A DNA stretch of 63,916 nucleotides, the filler included, from Reclinomonas americana ATCC 50394 (lineage: Eukaryota): NCBI GenBank assembly GCA_048213135.1. It is 12 parts of 4 records of this genome, joined end to end, with 100 filler letters (N's around TTAATTAATTAA, not from the genome) between each part and the next. Parts side by side here need not be neighbours in the genome. Positions count along the whole stretch, not along the records: positions 56,795 to 58,826 come from PS015156.1; positions 58,927 to 62,508 come from PS015156.1; positions 62,609 to 63,916 come from PS015157.1; 9 more parts are not named here. The stretch is one strand, 5' to 3'. The position numbers were made by a program, and so were the translations under genes. Below, piece by piece: positions 57,935-63,916 of the stretch. Position 1 is the stretch's first letter, and every line of letters starts with the position of its first letter. The notes beneath the pieces are model-generated. The model saw only the letters and a program-made list of their open reading frames with translations. It was not told the origin of the DNA and made no database searches.

Positions 57935-58436
57935 AAACATAGACGGCAGCAGAGAGAGCGCGCGAGAGCAAGAGAGACAGACAGAATGAAAGAATGAGAA
58001 AGATTGAGAGAGAAGCAGAGATGGAATCAGAAGGAAAGGGGAGAAGAGGCACAGCACGAGCCAAAAAAAGAACAGAGAGAGAGAGAAGCACAGACGCAGA
58101 AAGAGGAAAGGGAGAAGAGGTACAGCACGAACCACAAAGAAAAGAGAGAAGCAAAGACGGAATCAAAGAGAGGGAACGAGAGCCTGAGGCACAGCAAGAG
58201 CCAGGAAGAACTGAGAGAAGCAGAGACAGAATCAGAGAGAGGGAACGAGAGCCTGATGCACAATACGAGCCAGGAAGAGCAGAGACACGAGACACTGGAG
58301 GAGCAGAGACACGAGACACCGGAGGAGCGACAGAGACAACCACTCATCACGCAGTCTCACACAAGACACAAACCTTCTTCAGCACCCAATCCACGATTCG
58401 TCGACCACAAACCCGCTCGCCAACGCGGATAATTGC
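56831..58436 (-). CDS. PRODH: Proline dehydrogenase with EF-hand-like insertion; internal part
   Basis: VLKK|TFFGHFCGGE, GVGAILDYAVEAD, SARVFEY, FLSCIEAA, GFAAVKVTALG, then LSLADFKAGL..LEELFNMVDQ. Confidence 0.92.
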
Positions 58437-58653
58437 CTGCAATCGACAATGCAATGAGACAAAATGCAGAGATGCAGAGATGCGATCATTCAACTTGGTT
58501 TCTCCGGTGAGTGAACGAGAGAGAGAGAGTGTGTGTGTGTGTATGTGAGTGAGTGAGTGAGTGCGTGTGAGTGTGTGTGCGAGAGAGACAAGCCAAGATA
58601 AAGTGCGCATTAGGTGACGATTAGGCGACGACTAAGGCGACATGGAGTGATCT

Positions 58654-58718
<65 letters not shown>

Positions 58719-58998
58719 AGAGAGAGAGAGAGAGAGAGAGGAGGAGGAGGAGGAGGAGGGAGGTAGGAGGAGGGAGGGAGGTAGGAGGAGGAGAGAGAGA
58801 GAGAAGAAGAGAGAGTAGAGACGACGNNNNNNNNNNNNNNNNNNNNNNNNNNNNNNNNNNNNNNNNNNNNTTAATTAATTAANNNNNNNNNNNNNNNNNN
58901 NNNNNNNNNNNNNNNNNNNNNNNNNNTGCACACAGAGGTGAGTGTCAGCGACTGGAGGACGCCAAGTCAGCATTGCTCCTCCTCCTCCTCCTCCTCAC

Positions 58999-59311
58999 CT
59001 GCAGCGACATGTCAAGTGGGTGACCTTGATGTGTCAGCGCCAAGCGTGAGGAATCCGAGTCCACGCCACTCGCGCGACAGAATTCGTTGACAGACTCGGC
59101 GAGACTCATCGTCGGCTTCACCTGTGAGCGTGGTGTGTGTGAGTGCGTGTGTGTGTGTGAGAGAGAGAGAGAGTGCAACAAAGGGTGAGAGATGTAAAAA
59201 ATGAGAGAGACAGAAAAGGGACAAGAGGAGTGGAGAGTGGCGTGTGTCGTACGCAACAGCCAGACGAGTGACTTTCTGCTCGTACTCAAAGTTGAGGAAG
59301 GTGTTGGCCAT
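58999..59311 (-). CDS. N-terminal ubiquitin-like domain resembling TUG/ASPSCR1 UBL1; 3'-partial
   Basis: Exons 59311-59258 and 59121-58999 give MANTFLNFEYEQKVTRLAVKPTMSLAESVNEFCRASGVD..LTHQGHPLDMSLQ, matching the V.P...L..V....C and LD(L/M)SL pattern of TUG-UBL1. Confidence 0.6.
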
Positions 59312-59926
59312 TGTCAGTGCGTGCGACGACAACAACAAGAAAAATAAAAGCTGAAATTGCACTTTTTTCGCAAAGAGAGCTCTCACACGGTTTTTTGGGG
59401 ACGACCGGGCAGCAAGAAGCGCGCACGGACACGTGTCACCCGATCCGATAGGAACAGCTGCATGGCGCGAGTACCATGTGAAAGAGGCTGCTGCTGTGAC
59501 ATGATCGCTTGCGCACGCAGCGATTGCGACGTCGCTGCGTCGGAATTATGATATCGATGGCAGCCTGCACTGCACACGCCTGGATCCGGACGGAGCCCCT
59601 TCATCCTGACCTCTTCATGGCGCAGTTCCAACTGCGAGCAGGATCCTGATTCGGATCAATATCGATCGTTCTGGACTTCCTCCAGATTGCTGATCTGGAC
59701 CCCTTTCTCGACCGCGACTTTGCTTACGACCACGGCCGCTGCCACGGCATACTGAATCCACAAACACTTTCCAAGCTCGAGGTCAATTGGTATGCTCGCG
59801 CGACAGCCATCTGTCTTCCCGCCACTTCGAGTTTGCCATTGACTTTCCGAGCAGTGCACGCACTCCAGCACACTCCTCGCGTGCCATCCCCGCCCCCCGC
59901 CCCCCTGTGTGCCCTCGACTCGAGCA

Positions 59927-62508
59927 ATGGATGCGCCGCGTCGCTCCAGTCGAGCGCGGCACGGAACGGAAATGGCCAACGTGCGTACCCTGTCTCTCAC
60001 ACACACACAGACAACACAACAACATTCATGCACATTGCATACGCCTTGTTTGCGAAAAATTCGCACTCACACGCCCCTCCCTCTCTGCTGTGTCTGTGCG
60101 GACGTGCGTCAACAGTTTGTCGACCCCGACAGCGCCACCTTCCATGCGGCGATCGGCGAGTCGACGGGAAAGCGCACAAGGTCATCGACCGAGGACGAAG
60201 ATCACAAGGTGCGCCGACCGATAATTTTTGCACAATGCATGCACACACAATGCACACATGCTTATCAATTTGCATGATTTTCCTCCCCCTCTCCTTGCCA
60301 CCTCCCCCGGGCCAGCTGGCGATGACGCTGCAGCAAGAGGAGGTCAGAAAGGTCCGGGAGTCACAGGAGCAGCAGCGAACACTGGGTCGCCGACTCCGTC
60401 CTCCGTATATTTACAATCCGCAGCAGGAGGAATCGACAACTGGCGAGGCGAGCGCCGCGGCCGCGGCAAGCACGACCACGACGACCACCAGCACCACTGA
60501 TGCACCACCGGAGAAGCGACGGCGTGTGGCGTGGCGACCGGACGATGATGAGTCACTGGGTGACGAGGAGGACGAGGTGGATGATGATGATGACGATGAT
60601 GATGCTATGCACGAAGATGATGATGACGAGGAGGAGGAGGATTCGTCGAGTGAAGAGTACGGTCGACGGCGACGACAGCGGCGACCGCAGCAACGACCAC
60701 GACAGCGACAACGGCCGCAGTCGCGACAAGCCGCACGCCAGCAACAACAGCAGGAGCAGGTGCGTCGCACGCAGTACCGAGTCGGTGGACGGTTCGCTTC
60801 AGCCGCCGCCGTGGCAGCAGCCATGGGTGGAGAGCCATCGCAGACGGTGATATCGTCGACCACGACCTCCATTACGTACGTCGACGGGCAGCAGCAACCA
60901 CCGCCACTGACGTCGACTTTCACGTCGCCGGCGTCACACAGCGACAGCACGCCGGCGAAGCGTGGCCGTGGTCGGCCGCCCAAGTATTCTGCGAGTGCCG
61001 AGGCCGCCCAGTCGCGTCCACCTCCACGCAACAATCGGACTTTGCGTCACCACCAGCGCGCGGAGCAGAGGTTCGGCTCGCCGCAGCAGTCGGCAGTCGA
61101 CTTTTCTGCGCTGCCGCCGTTGCCAGCCGACATGGCGGGCGAGGGGGGCGAACAAGCGGCTCCTTCTCATGGCTATATGACGCGGCGACGCCGAGTGTCC
61201 GTGCCGCAGGAAGACGAAGAGAGTGGCGACGACGGCGAGGATGAGCATGACGACGATGAAGATGAGGACGAGGACGAGGATGCCGACAAGGGTCGGTGCT
61301 TGTGTGAACGACTTGTAAAAGTCGGGAGCCTCGTGTGCTTACTTACCTGTTCCTCGCAGTCGTCCAGTCGGAGAGGCAGCTGCAGCGTGTGCGTTTGACG
61401 CGCAGTCAGACGGCTGTAGAGGCCGGCACCGCGGATGCACTGGAGAGCGTGCTGGCGGAGAGTGGACCCGTCACTCGCAATCGACTGCGGGCAGTCATGC
61501 CGCGCGGGAATCAGGTGCGGAAAAACGCAATGGGTTACTAACAGCAGTCATGCACTCATCGTTGAGTGCTGCCACAGGATGCGCCGAATGGTGGCGAGGC
61601 GAGCGCTAAGCACGACGATGCGGGCGGTGCGGATGGAGGCGGGCGACGACTTTCGCAGCGCCAGCGCCGTAGACCCTCGTATTTCGAGGACTCTGACGAT
61701 GTTGCGCCTGAATTTCACGCCGAATGTACGTGTGTGTTTGTATTGACTCTTGTGGCGCACTGCAGGAGTTTGTGGAGGAGGACGACGGGGATGAGGACGA
61801 TGATGACGATGATGATGACAGTGACGGAGACGGGAAACGAGCTGGTACTTGGGTTTGGAGGGCGAACCTGTGTGTGCACACGGGAGAGGCTGAAACATGT
61901 CGTGCAGGTCGCGGCAATCGAACCGCCTCGCCCGCAGACGACATTGATGTCGAGAATGTGTTTGGTGCCATCAATCGCCGTGTTACTCGCGGACTCAAGC
62001 GGCGTATCTCGACCGAGATGCGTGTACTGAGCAACTCGGAGAACGCCAACAGCGCCGGTTCGCTTCGCTGAAATGATGCCATAACTGTCACGATTTTTTC
62101 ACCTCGCCTTTCACAGCTGTGCAGCAGCAGCGCGAAACACTGGAGGAGTTGCTTGGCATGCGAAAGCGATACGCACTGCGTTCGCGTGAAAACATGCCAT
62201 CGCTGTCGGAGAAGTCGCTGCAAGAGCGTGCCGAGGCCTCTGCTGTGCATCGGTCGTTCAAGAAACAATCGCACGACGGTGAGCGACGGAGACGACGAGG
62301 TGGCGAGTACCGTGGTTCACGGGCGACGTCGGATCGGCGGTGTGTGGTTTCCTCGGCCATCTGCATGTTGTGTGTGTGTGTGATGTGTGCTGTTGGCTCA
62401 CCATTTTGCAACAGCGACTGGGATCGCATTGGCTGGTCCGATTCGAGTTTGGTTCGTACAGACACTGTCGCGTGGCTGCTTGAGATGCGTGCATTGCTCA
62501 CGCTGTGA
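59927..62508 (+). CDS. Low-complexity, probably nuclear protein with AT-hook
   Basis: Multi-exon frame with KRGRGRPPK (60958-60984), PPEKRRR, D/E tracts and repeated TR(R/S) motifs; TGA at 62506-62508. Confidence 0.6.
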
Positions 62509-63362
62509 NNNNNNNNNNNNNNNNNNNNNNNNNNNNNNNNNNNNNNNNNNNNTTAATTAATTAANNNNNNNNNNNNNNNNNNNNNNNNNNNNNNNNNNNN
62601 NNNNNNNNAGACTGGTGAAACAAGAAAACCGGTTTCGAACATCACACATTGATCAAAGCGGGCCCACATGCAAAAATAGCCGGTCAGCAGGAAAAACAAA
62701 CTGATGATGGGCGGTGCCGATTCTATTCTCGGAGGTGGGGTGAATATGATCAAGGGTTGGTGGAGAGGGACAAGGGAGAAGGCGTGGATGTGCTACGGGT
62801 GAGGAATGCACAAAATGTTGCAATTGTTGTGGTACCGGTGCAACATGTCTGAAAACCTGCCAGTTCAAACGGATTCTCTGTCGACTTGCTCGCAACCTTT
62901 GGTGAAGCAGGGGCAGGGGTGCTGTGGTCACATATTTTGCGAAACATAGATCTCCAGACCAGTTGTGTTGCGTCAGCAACTCACAGCGCGAATTCGAATT
63001 CCAACAACGCCAAAACAAATGTCGACTGCCAAGCCCAACCATTTGTCTTGGACAGCAAAACAAAACACATAAGACAGAAGAATTCTAGAGTATGTTAGGG
63101 TTCTAGATCTCGCGATATCGCGATCGGAGCTTCCAAATTTGAATTCATGATCAACTGCAAGTCGGGAACAGTCTGCATCTCGCACAGTTCAGCACGTTTC
63201 CGTCTCTGACACATCCTTCCAAATGGCACTGACCATGCAGTTGCGTTTCCTTTGCTGCCCACACGCCTCTTCGCTGGAGAAAGCGAAAGTTCGATATCGC
63301 AAATCCGAACGGGGACAATCAATGCATCCGCCACGTCATCCGCACGTTGATCACCACAAACA

Positions 63363-63838
63363 ATGGACGACGACGGCGTCGCTCACGACAGCGCCGATGG
63401 TCTGTGCACGTCACTCTCTCTCTCTCACACACGTACTCTCTCAGTCACTCACACACTTCACACACACCAGGCATGCTTGATGCCGGCGACGAGGATGGAG
63501 TGATGGAGACCATGTACGGCGACACAGTAGTGGTCACCGACAAGGAGGTCATTGGTAAGAAAGACAGATACTCACACACACACTGATGCACTCTCACACA
63601 CTGATGCACTCTCACACAGTGACTGCGGATGAGGGCGACGAGGACGGTGACGGCGACCACAATGGGAATGTCGATGCTCTGCTGGAGGGTGGCGAGGACG
63701 CGACAAAGCATGTGACTATCAATGAGGACCATCAAGAGGAGGAGGAGGACACGTACATTGTGGAGGAGACCGCACAGGAGGAGCCGGAGGACGACTCGGG
63801 CGATGAGTTGGAAGATCTCGAGGCGTTCCAGTTTCCCG
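63363..63838 (+). CDS. Acidic N-terminus of an unidentified protein, 3'-partial
   Basis: ATG 63363; three GT-AG-bounded exons in frame (MDDDGVAHDSADG|MLDAGDED..|..DELEDLEAFQFP); the window ends at the next CAG acceptor. Confidence 0.55.
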
Positions 63839-63916
63839 GTGAGAGGGAGAGAGACAGCGTACAGGCGACATCTCTTGTGCTCACTCTCACTCGCTTGCCT
63901 CTCTCGCTCTTTGCAG

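Noticed and set aside
59557-59790. Coding-looking stretch (IVLDFLQIADLDPFLDRDFAYDHG..) between divergent genes
   Set aside because: In-frame TGA upstream, no recognisable motif and no clear splice partners.
62610-63200. Lower-GC, microsatellite-free segment as a possible transposon remnant
   Set aside because: No transposase or reverse-transcriptase motif and no terminal repeat recognisable; short ORFs only.

Overview
Gene-dense, intron-rich draft scaffold from a eukaryote (probably a unicellular protist). It reads in the standard genetic code, has GT-AG introns full of (GA)n/(CT)n/(CA)n tracts, and has many N gaps plus 11 artificial N-TTAATTAATTAA-N linkers. Genes in order: CD36/LIMP-II-family protein, ankyrin + coiled-coil + RLK/Pelle(IRAK)-type kinase, bacterial-type glucokinase, Crinkler-like PD-(D/E)xK nuclease + kinase protein, DEP-DUF547 protein, beta-helix/UBA-like protein, TPR protein, Sororin-like protein, second Pelle-type kinase, GPD1, WD40 protein, a ~10-kb gene made of 8 tandem copies of an unrecognised multi-exon ~200-aa Hx8CxxC domain followed by the start of its paralog, a 48-52-aa tandem-repeat exon, proline dehydrogenase, a TUG/ASPSCR1-like UBL fragment, an AT-hook protein and an acidic gene start. 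Four N-bounded contigs are inverted relative to their genes, most likely an assembly artefact. Most notable: the expanding novel-domain array, the REase-kinase effector-like gene, the Sororin-like gene, a recurrent shifted 5' splice-site class (GTNNCGT) and a dispersed intergenic element. All exon models were built by eye; no database searches were run.
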